64,000 bases of DNA, taken from sequence record LC680885.1. One strand, 5' to 3'. Position numbers and translations under genes: made by a program. The stretch's first letter is position 1. Each line of letters opens with the position of its first letter. This document shows, piece after piece, positions 30,219-39,713 of this stretch. Under the pieces are notes generated by a model. It did not search any database and was not told the origin of the DNA. It saw nothing but the letters and a program-made list of their open reading frames with translations.

Positions 30219-30818
30219 ATGACTGAAGAAAAATTACCTGCATTAAATATTATTGCTTCTGCAGTAACTACTACACCTAAGACTAATACAGAGTTTATTA
30301 ATATGACATTTATGGTGGATAATCCTAAATTTAAAGATATGTATTTAGAATTTTCTGACATTGATTTATCAGAAGTATTTAAAAACGAAATGCTTAAAGA
30401 AGCTTATGAAAACGGTCAATTAGCAGAGTATACTAAAATTGATCAGACTTTAGATAATTACAATATTAGAATGATTAAAGATGATACAGTTATACAAATA
30501 CAACGTATTAGAGATTACTTTGAAGAATTATCTGAATATGCTGATAAATTAATATTCTGGGTTGATGAGATTACTTTATGGTCTCAGTTAATAGAATTAG
30601 TTTATGGAGGTTCATCAGATAACACATATGAATTACCTTCATATATTGACTTCCAACCTATTGACATAAAATCAGTAGTTAGAATGTCAGCTATAAGAGA
30701 TAATGATTATTCATATGCAGAAGAATTAATGGGAACAAGTGAATCACTAACAGATTCATCTTTATCAATTTCATCATTCTTATTAACATTCATTAAAAAT
30801 GCTGGAATATTAAAATAA
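30219..30818 (+). CDS. Probable catalytically dead DEDDh 3'-5' exoribonuclease-like protein (Rv2179c-type fold)
   Basis: The spacing pattern TEFINMTF..MYLEFSDID..LIFWVDEITLWSQLIEL..LPSYIDFQPIDI resembles that family, but the acidic catalytic residues are missing. Confidence 0.45.
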   Translation: MTEEKLPALNIIASAVTTTPKTNTEFINMTFMVDNPKFKDMYLEFSDIDLSEVFKNEMLKEAYENGQLAEYTKIDQTLDNYNIRMIKDDTVIQIQRIRDYFEELSEYADKLIFWVDEITLWSQLIELVYGGSSDNTYELPSYIDFQPIDIKSVVRMSAIRDNDYSYAEELMGTSESLTDSSLSISSFLLTFIKNAGILK

Positions 30819-30824
30819 ATTTTT

Positions 30825-30839
30825 AAATATATATTATAA
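30825..30839 (+). promoter_or_regulatory. Early phage promoter with 5' hairpin at 30845-30869
   Basis: AAATATATATTATAA. Confidence 0.8.
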
Positions 30840-30900
30840 AGATGTATTAATAATAGAATATTATTAATATAAATAATTTAAATGGAGAGTGTCAGATATT

Positions 30901-32145
30901 ATGTTAACAAATTTTAAAGATCATTTACACAGAGGCGGAAACCTTTCAGTTTCAATTTATACTTTATTTACTAGAAAGAATAAAAATACTGGTAATGCTA
31001 TTCATGGTGAATATATTAATACGTATCAATCAAGTCAATATAACAATGTACCTTTCTTAAGTGAAATTGAAAATAATGGTAATCATTATATTTCTTTCTC
31101 TTATAACAAATTTCAACAAGGTCAAGCACCTATTCGTGAAGATGTATTAATTAGTTATCCACATTTACAAGAATTTAATAATTTCTTAAAAGCAACTTAT
31201 ACAAGTATTAGTGAGAATTTTAATAATATTTTCTCTAATAATCAAGTTAATCCAGATTACCAACAACATATTTGGCAATCACCAAAATTAGTGTCTGGTA
31301 AAGAAATTGCTATTGCTCCTGCAGTAATTCAAAATAATAGAACTAATAATTTTGAAATTGGTTTTAATATTATGGTAAATGATACTAATAAATATGATTT
31401 TGTATCAGCTAATACATTTATCAGTTTAGTTAATTTATTAGTTAGAATTACTAATGATCCATTAACATTCAGAAATCAATGTGTACAAGCTGAAATGCAA
31501 GCTAAAGAAATTGAAAATAATCAGTTATTAAAAGGGTTATTAAGAGCTCAAGGTTTACCTACAGACATGAGTAATCATCATATGGATGAAAAATCAGCTC
31601 AAGGTAATGCTCCACGTAATAATAACTTTAATAATAACAATGGTGGAGGTTTCAATAACAATAATCAATTCGGTAATTTTGGTGGTAATAACGGAAATTT
31701 TAACCAAGCTCCACAACAAAATAAATTTAATCAACAACAATCTAATAACCAATCTCAAGGAAATTCTTTTGGAAATTTTAATCAACCTCAACAACAACAG
31801 AATCAACAATCGGTACAACAGAATGACAATCCTTTCAATGTGAGTCCGCAACAATCAGCACCACAACAAAGTAATAGTAGTAATCCATTTGATGTTGGTC
31901 AAACGGATCAAATTAGTGATGATGATTTACCATTTGAAACTAAAGGAACTCCACAACAAGATGATAGACAAATTGATAAATCTAACATGTTTAAAGATGC
32001 TGAAGTTAACAAAGAATCAGGTTCTTTAGAAGACTTATCAAATACCGTAAATAATGAAAGTGAAGGTAAAGCTAGTTCTTTACTAGACGATTTCATTAAA
32101 AAAGGTAAAGAATCAGAACAAGAAGATGACGATTTAGGAATTTAA
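30901..32145 (+). CDS. Putative single-stranded DNA-binding protein with Q/N-rich linker and two acidic tails
   Basis: ~220-aa beta-rich N-domain, G/N/Q/F low-complexity region, internal ISDDDLPF and terminal EDDDLGI. Confidence 0.5.
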   Translation: MLTNFKDHLHRGGNLSVSIYTLFTRKNKNTGNAIHGEYINTYQSSQYNNVPFLSEIENNGNHYISFSYNKFQQGQAPIREDVLISYPHLQEFNNFLKATYTSISENFNNIFSNNQVNPDYQQHIWQSPKLVSGKEIAIAPAVIQNNRTNNFEIGFNIMVNDTNKYDFVSANTFISLVNLLVRITNDPLTFRNQCVQAEMQAKEIENNQLLKGLLRAQGLPTDMSNHHMDEKSAQGNAPRNNNFNNNNGGGFNNNNQFGNFGGNNGNFNQAPQQNKFNQQQSNNQSQGNSFGNFNQPQQQQNQQSVQQNDNPFNVSPQQSAPQQSNSSNPFDVGQTDQISDDDLPFETKGTPQQDDRQIDKSNMFKDAEVNKESGSLEDLSNTVNNESEGKASSLLDDFIKKGKESEQEDDDLGI

Positions 32146-32156
32146 GAATTAAATAA

Positions 32157-32198
32157 TATATGATCTAATATGGATAAACATCTGTATTAGATCATATA
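32157..32198 (+). terminator. Terminator hairpin
   Basis: TATATGATCTAATA / TATTAGATCATATA followed by T-rich tract. Confidence 0.7.
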
Positions 32199-32229
32199 TA
32201 CCTTTTATTTTTTATAAAAAATAAATAAA

Positions 32230-33081
32230 GTGAGTGAATATTATATGGCAAATAAAAAGGATCTAAGTGAGTTAGAAAGAATTATAAGTAGTATGGACAC
32301 TATTGATGTTAGAGAAGTTTTTAAAGATGTAAGAAGTTCAGATAATGTTAATGAAGAAGATGATTTAAATTCATCTAAATATAAAGGTGATATTAAAGGT
32401 TTAGTAACTAAAGAAGAGTATGAAAGTCTTCCATATTTAGGTAAACGTGTTATTCAGTTTATGGAAAATATTGCAGCTGATAAAGAAAATTTAGACTTTG
32501 AATCTTATTTTGAAAGATATGCAAAAGCATATGGTAAAGATGAAATTGATTCATTTAAAAACACTATGTATAGACTTAAAAGTAGTAAGGTTTTTACAAT
32601 ACAATCATTAATGACAATTACTGAAGCTATTGATTATAAAGTTCATATAATAACTGAAGAATTTAAAGGTATGGATGAATTAAGATTATATGAACCTAAA
32701 CGTAAAGTTAAATCTTCTAGATTTATGGGTAAATTAAAATTTGATTTAATGCCAGATGTTATATATGAAGACTTTATATTAGAGTTTGTAGAGTTTTTAG
32801 AAGAATTAGGAAAAGAAGGATATACTTTTGAGATGTTATTCGGAGAACTTGAAAATACTTCTGATGAGAAAAATCCTATAAGTAAAATTAAATCATCTAT
32901 GGATAAAATGATTAAGCAAGGTAAACTTACTTGGAAGACTATGGAAACTATAACAGAATCTTTAGGTATGAATATTAAAGTTGATTTTATAAAAGAAGTT
33001 ATTGATACTGATGAAGTCAATAAAATTGATGCTTCTAATCAAATACAACTAGAAGATGATAATATAATTCATAAGAAATAA
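32230..33081 (+). CDS. Tandem XRE-like helix-turn-helix protein
   Basis: Two repeats: KNTMYRLKSSKVFTIQSLMTITEAIDYKVHI and KSSMDKMIKQGKLTWKTMETITESLGMNIKV. ATG 32245 is an alternative start. Confidence 0.55.
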   Translation: MSEYYMANKKDLSELERIISSMDTIDVREVFKDVRSSDNVNEEDDLNSSKYKGDIKGLVTKEEYESLPYLGKRVIQFMENIAADKENLDFESYFERYAKAYGKDEIDSFKNTMYRLKSSKVFTIQSLMTITEAIDYKVHIITEEFKGMDELRLYEPKRKVKSSRFMGKLKFDLMPDVIYEDFILEFVEFLEELGKEGYTFEMLFGELENTSDEKNPISKIKSSMDKMIKQGKLTWKTMETITESLGMNIKVDFIKEVIDTDEVNKIDASNQIQLEDDNIIHKK

Positions 33082-33087
33082 AATATA

Positions 33088-33119
33088 TCCCCTAACCTTA
33101 TTAATTTAAGGTTAGGGGA
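33088..33119. terminator. Bidirectional terminator; copy of the dispersed CCCTAACCTT palindrome
   Basis: 13-bp stem between convergent genes. Confidence 0.8.
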
Positions 33120-33137
33120 ATTTATATCATTTTTTTT

Positions 33138-34568
33138 TTATTCTGTTGTAGTTTCTTCTGGAGTTTCTTCTACTTGTGAAGTAGAAATAGTAACACTAAC
33201 ATCTTTACTTACACTATCAGAAGTGACTTTAACTTTAGCAGTTCCTGCAGCTTTAGCAGTTACAAGACCACTGTTGTTAACTGAAGCATACTCAGATCCT
33301 TCAGTAATAGAGTAACTTACAGAGTTTGTAGATGGTTGAATTTTAACGTCTAACTGTTGAGTTGATTCTGCATCTATGTTAACTTCTTCTGGAGTAACAG
33401 TTAGACTCTTAGTCTTTAAACGGCTTACATTAACCTCTACATTTTTAGAAACATCATCTGATTTAACTGTAACGTTTGCAGTTCCTTCAGAAATACCAGT
33501 AATATTTCCGTTATTATCAACTGAAGCAAATTCAGAACCGTCTTTTAATTCAAAGCTTACTTTTCTTCCTTCTGGTTCAGTAGTAACCTCTAATTTCTGA
33601 GTTTGTTCTGCTTCAATATTAACTGTCTCTGGAGTAACAGTTATACTTTTAGTTTGATTAATGCTTTCAAATTTTCCATCTTTAGGATCATAAACAGAAT
33701 ATTCAATTTTCTTATCAATTTCGTTTTGTATAGTTTCCTCATCTAAAATGCGGATATTGAAATTAACAATATTGTCTTGAATACTTCTCTCAATTACTTT
33801 AACTAAAATTTCACCAGTCTTACTAAAGAATAATAAACGATTTTTATCTGCTTGATATCTAGCATAACTTTCATCACTAACATTTACAGATAATAATTGT
33901 AATAGATTTTCTTTAGCTACAGGAGTGACTTCTTTAGTATCGAAATCTTTATAACCTAAGATTTTATCTAAAGGTAAAGCAGATTCTTTAAGAACGTTAA
34001 TATCTTGTTGTAATTGAACAAGGCGACCTGTAAATTTACCATATTCTTTAACTTTAATAAAGACTGAATCTTTAACACGTTCAAATAAGTTTTTATGACC
34101 TTCAGAAATAGCGATATCATAATTTTCTGAAGCATCTTTAGGGAAGTATAATTTAAGTTCATATTCTTCATTAACTTCTAAATCAGAAGTAGGTAAACTT
34201 AAGATTTCAGATTTAATATCTTTAGCAGTATAAGTTTTAACTACAGACTTATCTGAAAGTTTGATTAAGTCAAATTTTAATAATCCTAATACATCACGAG
34301 CATCTACAGGATTAATATAGAAAGGTACATTAATAAACTTACCAGTTTCTCCTTCAGATTTGAAGTAAACTGTTCTTCTATCATATTTAATTTTACCAGT
34401 TTCAGGAAGAGGTTGAACATCAGTAACAGTCCAACCAGCTTGTTTTAAGCTAGCTAGATCATTACTAGAAAGAATAACGTTTTCACGAGGTCCACGTTCA
34501 CCTAATCCTAAAAATGGAATTAATTTTTCATCTAATAATTTTACTTTAAAGTAGTTAGTAGTAGCCAT
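33138..34568 (-). CDS. Virion protein with two C-terminal Ig-like (Big_2) domains
   Basis: Two repeats SITVTPETVNIEAEQTQKLEV...ASVDNNGNITGISEGTANVTV and SLTVTPEEVNIDAESTQQLDV...ASVNNSGLVTAKAAGTAKVKV. Confidence 0.85.
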   Translation of the reverse strand: MATTNYFKVKLLDEKLIPFLGLGERGPRENVILSSNDLASLKQAGWTVTDVQPLPETGKIKYDRRTVYFKSEGETGKFINVPFYINPVDARDVLGLLKFDLIKLSDKSVVKTYTAKDIKSEILSLPTSDLEVNEEYELKLYFPKDASENYDIAISEGHKNLFERVKDSVFIKVKEYGKFTGRLVQLQQDINVLKESALPLDKILGYKDFDTKEVTPVAKENLLQLLSVNVSDESYARYQADKNRLLFFSKTGEILVKVIERSIQDNIVNFNIRILDEETIQNEIDKKIEYSVYDPKDGKFESINQTKSITVTPETVNIEAEQTQKLEVTTEPEGRKVSFELKDGSEFASVDNNGNITGISEGTANVTVKSDDVSKNVEVNVSRLKTKSLTVTPEEVNIDAESTQQLDVKIQPSTNSVSYSITEGSEYASVNNSGLVTAKAAGTAKVKVTSDSVSKDVSVTISTSQVEETPEETTTE

Positions 34569-34591
34569 TCTTAGAATTCACTTTCCTTTCT

Positions 34592-35140
34592 TTATTTTTC
34601 TAATAGTAAATCAATTAAATCTTGTTTACGAGCATTTTTATTATACTCAATTTCTTTAGAATCTAATTCTTCTTTAAGCTCAGCTACAGTGAATTCATTT
34701 AAATCTTCTTCTGTAACTTCGACTTCTTCAGAACCTTGTTCTTCTACTTTTTCTTCGTTAGTAGGAGCTTCTTCAGAACTTTGTTCTTCTTTAGTTTCTT
34801 CTTTTACTTCGTCTGATACTTCGCTATCTGTTCCTTCATCCACTTGCTTCTCTTCGCTGCTGCTTTCATCATTGCTCTGTTCCTCTTGTGATTGCGTATC
34901 ATTTGATTCAGAAACTGCTTCATTTTTATCTTCACTCTTATTTTCTTTTTTATTTGATTTATCGCTTGGATATACATAGTCTTCATCAACAATTGTTACT
35001 TGTAAACCTAAACGTCTAAATAAACGAATTTGTGAACCTGAAGCACGGAAAGGTTTAACAAAAGGACCTTTACCTTTACCAGGCACAAATGCTTTTTCAT
35101 TAATAATAATGAAATTATTATCTTCATTGAAATTTAACAT
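34592..35140 (-). CDS. Acidic low-complexity protein with C-terminal HeH/SAP/Rho-N-like domain
   Basis: Ends TVAELKEELDSKEIEYNKNARKQDLIDLL; N-terminal VPGKGKGP module. Confidence 0.7.
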   Translation of the reverse strand: MLNFNEDNNFIIINEKAFVPGKGKGPFVKPFRASGSQIRLFRRLGLQVTIVDEDYVYPSDKSNKKENKSEDKNEAVSESNDTQSQEEQSNDESSSEEKQVDEGTDSEVSDEVKEETKEEQSSEEAPTNEEKVEEQGSEEVEVTEEDLNEFTVAELKEELDSKEIEYNKNARKQDLIDLLLEK

Positions 35141-35212
35141 AAATTAGTAATCTCCTTTACCATATTTTATTTTATAAATAAAAGTTAAGGAAGGATCTTA
35201 TAAAAATCCTTC

Positions 35213-36010
35213 TTAACTAAATGTTCCCCATGCGTTACCAATACGTTGTCCTTTACCATTTGATTTACCAATTGGCACGTATACATATTGTCCTTTAAAT
35301 TTACCTGAAACCCAGATAAGACCATCAAAGTCTTGGATTTCTTCGTATTTAATAGAGTCGCCTTTTTTCATGAATGGACCTGTAGGCCATCCAGTCCATG
35401 GACCATTTTTACGAGTAATAATTCCTGAAGCAACATTACATTTGAAAGTAGCTTTTTCAGTTTTCCATAGAATACCTGCTGAATTACGTTTCCATTTAGC
35501 AGATGTAACAGCTTTCTTAGGAGCTGCTTTCTTAACTACTTTTTTCTTAGGAGCTGCTTTCTTAGTAGTTGCTTTTTTAGTAGCTGTACTACTAAAGGCT
35601 GGACGAATTACTCCCCAAAATCCTGTATAATCATGGAATACTTTAGCTGCAGGTGAACCATTGCTACCTGCGTTAAACCAGTTCTGGTCAATTGAATAGA
35701 AATTGTTTAAGTTAGCTGAAGTGATAATACCTGTATGACCATAAACATCATATGGAGGATTAGCCCAAATAGCTATATCTCCTGGTTGAGGTAAGAATGA
35801 TGGAGTATTTTTAATAAGTTTCCATCCTGAAGGCATTGTATTACTTTTAAGATCTTTAGCGTTACCCCAAGGCCAGAATTTTCCATCAGTTAAATAATTA
35901 CAATAACCGATAGTCAAATCCATACATTGAGCTCCATAAGCTCCATCCATGTCAAGTCTACGACCAATACGATTATTAACCCAATTCAAAGCTTGAGTTT
36001 TAGTTTTCAT
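35213..36010 (-). CDS. Endolysin 1: CHAP peptidase + K/A-rich linker + SH3b
   Basis: DGAYGAQCMDL (catalytic Cys), GHTGII (His), DQNW; C-terminal SH3_5-type domain. Confidence 0.92.
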   Translation of the reverse strand: MKTKTQALNWVNNRIGRRLDMDGAYGAQCMDLTIGYCNYLTDGKFWPWGNAKDLKSNTMPSGWKLIKNTPSFLPQPGDIAIWANPPYDVYGHTGIITSANLNNFYSIDQNWFNAGSNGSPAAKVFHDYTGFWGVIRPAFSSTATKKATTKKAAPKKKVVKKAAPKKAVTSAKWKRNSAGILWKTEKATFKCNVASGIITRKNGPWTGWPTGPFMKKGDSIKYEEIQDFDGLIWVSGKFKGQYVYVPIGKSNGKGQRIGNAWGTFS

Positions 36011-36052
36011 ATTTTATTCAAACCCTTTCGATAAATTTTCTTTATTTCTTTA

Positions 36053-36064
36053 TATTTAGTTGTT
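36053..36064 (-). promoter_or_regulatory. Late promoter AACA-N6-TA
   Basis: Reads AACAACTAAATA on the minus strand. Confidence 0.7.
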
Positions 36065-36105
36065 CTTTTATAAAAATAATATGTTTCATAATAGTATAAA
36101 AATAA

Positions 36106-36142
36106 ATACCCTAACGAATCTTTAATATGATCGTTAGGGTAT
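36106..36142. terminator. Terminator hairpin (CCCTAAC family)
   Basis: ATACCCTAACGA / TCGTTAGGGTAT. Confidence 0.7.
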
Positions 36143-36175
36143 ATAAAATTATAATTTAAATTATAGAATCATTTA

Positions 36176-37126
36176 TTAGCTAAATGTTCCCCATGCTGGA
36201 CCAATACGTTTACCGTTACCATTTGATTTACCTACTGGTACGTATACATATTGTCCCTTAAATTTACCTGAAACCCAAATATATCCGTTAAAATCTTGGA
36301 TTTCATCATATTTAATAGTATCACCTTTAGACATACGAGGACCTTGAGGCCATCCAGTCCATGGACCATTTTTACGAGTAATAATTCCTACAGATACACC
36401 ACATTTGAAAGTAGCTTTTTCAGTTTTCCATAGAATACCTGCTGAATTACGTTTCCAAGTAGTTGAAGTTTCAGTACTTGTTTTCTTAGGTTTAGCAGGT
36501 GCTTTAGTTTTAGTAGTAGATTTAGTTGCTGTTGAAGTTTTAGCTGTAGAAGTAGCACCATTTTTCATATAAGCTAGAACCTTTTTATCTACATTAGAAA
36601 CACTACGAGACATACCGCATGCAGCTAATAAGTTACCTGGATCTTGTTTGTCTGCTTGGATATCTTGATGCCCTGGCATATTTGTACTTGCATTAATTTT
36701 ATATTCTTTACATAAGAAAGCAAGAACACGACAATAGTTATCAAATGATTTTAATGAACGACTTCTATTAGAGAAGTAACATCCTTCAACACCAATAGCA
36801 CCATCATTAGCATCAATACCATACCAAGAATTATCAGTAGGTGTATTGTACATAACATGCCATGCTTTTTCATCTAAAGGAACACAGATAATACATTCTT
36901 TATCATCAACAAAGATATGAGCTGACGCTGTATAGTTCCAATCAATATTATATGTGTTACGGTAATAATCAACATTATTTTGAGCTGTTGTATTAGGGTT
37001 TCCTGTGTCATGAGCAACAATAAATTTAGGTCCGTTAAGCTTGTCTCCAGCTCTACGAGTACCTATTGGTAAAAAATCAGTATAAACAGGAACACCGTTC
37101 CATGTACCGATATGTTTTTTAGCCAT
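36176..37126 (-). CDS. Endolysin 2: N-acetylmuramoyl-L-alanine amidase (Amidase_2) + SH3b
   Basis: IVAHDTGN, SAHIFVDD, AWH, GVEGC, PGHQD and DPG motifs; SH3b nearly identical to endolysin 1. Confidence 0.92.
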   Translation of the reverse strand: MAKKHIGTWNGVPVYTDFLPIGTRRAGDKLNGPKFIVAHDTGNPNTTAQNNVDYYRNTYNIDWNYTASAHIFVDDKECIICVPLDEKAWHVMYNTPTDNSWYGIDANDGAIGVEGCYFSNRSRSLKSFDNYCRVLAFLCKEYKINASTNMPGHQDIQADKQDPGNLLAACGMSRSVSNVDKKVLAYMKNGATSTAKTSTATKSTTKTKAPAKPKKTSTETSTTWKRNSAGILWKTEKATFKCGVSVGIITRKNGPWTGWPQGPRMSKGDTIKYDEIQDFNGYIWVSGKFKGQYVYVPVGKSNGNGKRIGPAWGTFS

Positions 37127-37174
37127 AAAAAATTTCCTCCTTGATATTTATATTACTAATTAAAGTAATTTCTA

Positions 37175-37186
37175 TATTTAAGTGTT
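37175..37186 (-). promoter_or_regulatory. Late promoter AACA-N6-TA
   Basis: Reads AACACTTAAATA on the minus strand. Confidence 0.7.
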
Positions 37187-37194
37187 CTATATTT

Positions 37195-39534
37195 TTAATA
37201 CTTGATTTCTGTAGATACGATTAATTTATTTTGGTATCTTCCACCTCTAGTGTAAACTTTACTATCAGTGTCACCTACATTAATACTATTTTCAGATCCA
37301 TAACCTATACATTCATCTAAGAATAAATTACTACCTGATGAAGCTTGGAAGTCTTTTCCTTGATAACTTTCAAATGCAATACAACCTAAATTCCATGATT
37401 GCGTGTCTGCATTTACATCAGCTACATTACCTCCATCATTTCTTCCATATATACCATTTATTCTAATGATTTTTAATCCATCATGAGTAGTTGATCCGTT
37501 ATTTGATTTAACACCATTCAATCCTTTATCGGTTCCATTATCCATACCTATACAATTAATTTCTATTATATTAGGTTTAGAACCATCGGCTCCAATATGA
37601 TAATTTAAACCATCAAAACTATTATAATTACCTTTACAGCTATCAAGAATAATATCTTTACCACCAACAATAGCAAGACCATTGTAACTTGAAGCGGAAT
37701 GATAAAAATTACATTTCTTAAAGAATGCACTGTTATTTGAAGTTAAATTCAATTCAACACAGTTTCTTCCACCATATATATTTAAATTTTCAAAATATAT
37801 ATTTGAAGCTAGACTTGTTAACTGTATATTTGAAGAAGATATTAAAGGTATTACATTACTATTTGAAGGTTTATTATCATTAATATTTGAATAAACTTTA
37901 GTGCCATCAGTAAACCATGAATTAGGCGTGTTTTCAACTTCATCAATACTATTTACTTTCTTTATATCAATACTATTATCTAGAGTTACAACTTTATCGG
38001 TAGAAGATCTACTAAATTCATAAGTTCTATTTTTATCAGAAGTTAGTGTCCATGAAGGTTCATCAGCCATAATAATATTCACATTATTACCTGTACCTAT
38101 TATATTAATGCTTTTATTAAAGGCTTTTGTAATTAATGCACCACCAATTCTAAAATAATTGCCATCAGCAACCATAATTGTATCATTATCATTGACTTTA
38201 GGTATTACTACTTTAAAAGATTTAAATGGGGTTTCTTTAGATAAACCATCATTAGAATCATTACCATTAACAGCATCTAAGTAGTAAGTAGTTCCTCCTG
38301 ATAATCTATTAGTAGTTATATCATATTTCACTCCAAAAGTACCTTTTCCATCAGTAACAATTCTATTTTTTAATATTTCATTACCATAATTGAAATCATT
38401 AGGTTTTCTAACTGTTATTGGAAGAGTAGGTGCATAATTACCATCAAGACCGGGTAAACCTTGTAGACCTTGAGTTCCAATCTTACCTGTATCACCTTTT
38501 AACCCATTTAATTGTTCTTCAGTAAAATCAGAGTACTCGAAAGGATCTCCTTTTTCACCTTTTAATAGATCTAATTGTTCTTGAGTGAAATCGGAATATT
38601 CAAAAGGGTCACCTTTTTCACCTTTTAACTCAGATAACTGTTCTTCAGTAAAATCAGAGTACTCGAAAGGATCTCCTTTTAATCCATTTAACTGCTCTTC
38701 AGTAAAATCAGAGTATTTGAAGGGGTCGCCTTTAGGACCTTGTATACCTGGATCACCTTCATACATTTCGGCATTTTCTATCATATAATTCTTAAGATTT
38801 TCTTTATAATCTAATAAATTATTTTCAAAATCATCTATTTTATTATTAAATGAATCTTGTGAAGTTTTTAATTCTTCAGATTTATCTTTTATAAGATTTA
38901 ATTTTTCTTCAACCTTAATTACATCATTTTCCATGTTCTTAACATAATTTGTAGTCTCACTAAGTTTTTCCATTTCATCATTAAGACTCATTGTATTGTT
39001 ATAATTACTATTGAATTGTTCTCTTACAGTTTCAAAATCAGTTAAAGTATCTTTCATACTACTTAATTTATTATTCATATCTTCTATTGTTGAAATTACA
39101 TCTTCTTTTTCAGATTGGAGGTCTAATTTTTTATCTTCAATACTATATTTAAAACTATCTAGCTCACTCAAATATGAATTAAGATTATCATCATCAATTA
39201 AATTTTCTTTAATTAAGTTAAGTTTTTCTTCCGCTTTTCCATTAATATTATCTATATCATTAGATATTATTTTTATCTGTTTAAAAGCTTCATTTACTTG
39301 AAGATACTTTTGTTTTATAAAATCTTCAATAGAGAAATAATCAGCTACGTCATATTCTCCATCTGAATTTAGATCAACATATTCATTTTTATTTACCTTT
39401 ACATATTGAATATTCATTAAATCATAATAATCTAATGTATTTCTATCAACATAATAAGGTTTATTTATAGGTCCCATACCTTTACCCGGAATATAAGTTT
39501 TTTGAGGAACTATAATTAGTACACTATCTTCCAT
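37195..39534 (-). CDS. Tail fibre/spike-like protein: coiled coil, collagen-like repeats, C-terminal beta-helix
   Basis: G-X-Y triplets, KGDPFEYSDFTEEQL repeats, YYLDAVNGNDSNDGLSKETPFKS (typical beta-helix N-cap) and a parallel beta-helix-like C-terminus. Confidence 0.75.
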   Translation of the reverse strand: MEDSVLIIVPQKTYIPGKGMGPINKPYYVDRNTLDYYDLMNIQYVKVNKNEYVDLNSDGEYDVADYFSIEDFIKQKYLQVNEAFKQIKIISNDIDNINGKAEEKLNLIKENLIDDDNLNSYLSELDSFKYSIEDKKLDLQSEKEDVISTIEDMNNKLSSMKDTLTDFETVREQFNSNYNNTMSLNDEMEKLSETTNYVKNMENDVIKVEEKLNLIKDKSEELKTSQDSFNNKIDDFENNLLDYKENLKNYMIENAEMYEGDPGIQGPKGDPFKYSDFTEEQLNGLKGDPFEYSDFTEEQLSELKGEKGDPFEYSDFTQEQLDLLKGEKGDPFEYSDFTEEQLNGLKGDTGKIGTQGLQGLPGLDGNYAPTLPITVRKPNDFNYGNEILKNRIVTDGKGTFGVKYDITTNRLSGGTTYYLDAVNGNDSNDGLSKETPFKSFKVVIPKVNDNDTIMVADGNYFRIGGALITKAFNKSINIIGTGNNVNIIMADEPSWTLTSDKNRTYEFSRSSTDKVVTLDNSIDIKKVNSIDEVENTPNSWFTDGTKVYSNINDNKPSNSNVIPLISSSNIQLTSLASNIYFENLNIYGGRNCVELNLTSNNSAFFKKCNFYHSASSYNGLAIVGGKDIILDSCKGNYNSFDGLNYHIGADGSKPNIIEINCIGMDNGTDKGLNGVKSNNGSTTHDGLKIIRINGIYGRNDGGNVADVNADTQSWNLGCIAFESYQGKDFQASSGSNLFLDECIGYGSENSINVGDTDSKVYTRGGRYQNKLIVSTEIKY
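38500..38733 (-). repeat. Four intragenic tandem repeats (54/63/63/54 nt)
   Basis: Encodes KGDPF(K/E)YSDFT(E/Q)EQLxxL(KGE) four times. Confidence 0.9.
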
Positions 39535-39572
39535 ACTATATTTCCACTCCTTTAAATTTGATCTGTAAAATC

Positions 39573-39650
39573 CCCCTAATATATTTTTAAATCGATGATT
39601 ATTCTATTCTTATAATTATTGGCTCATCGTTTAAAGTTATATATTAGGGG
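39573..39650. terminator. Long bulged hairpin between two minus-strand genes
   Basis: CCCCTAATATAT / ATATATTAGGGG outer stem plus TTTAAA-CGATGA / TCATCG-TTTAAA inner stem. Confidence 0.55.
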
Positions 39651-39713
39651 AACTAATTTTAGTCGAAAAAACTAACGAAAATTAATTTTTATTATATAAT
39701 AATGTTATAAATT

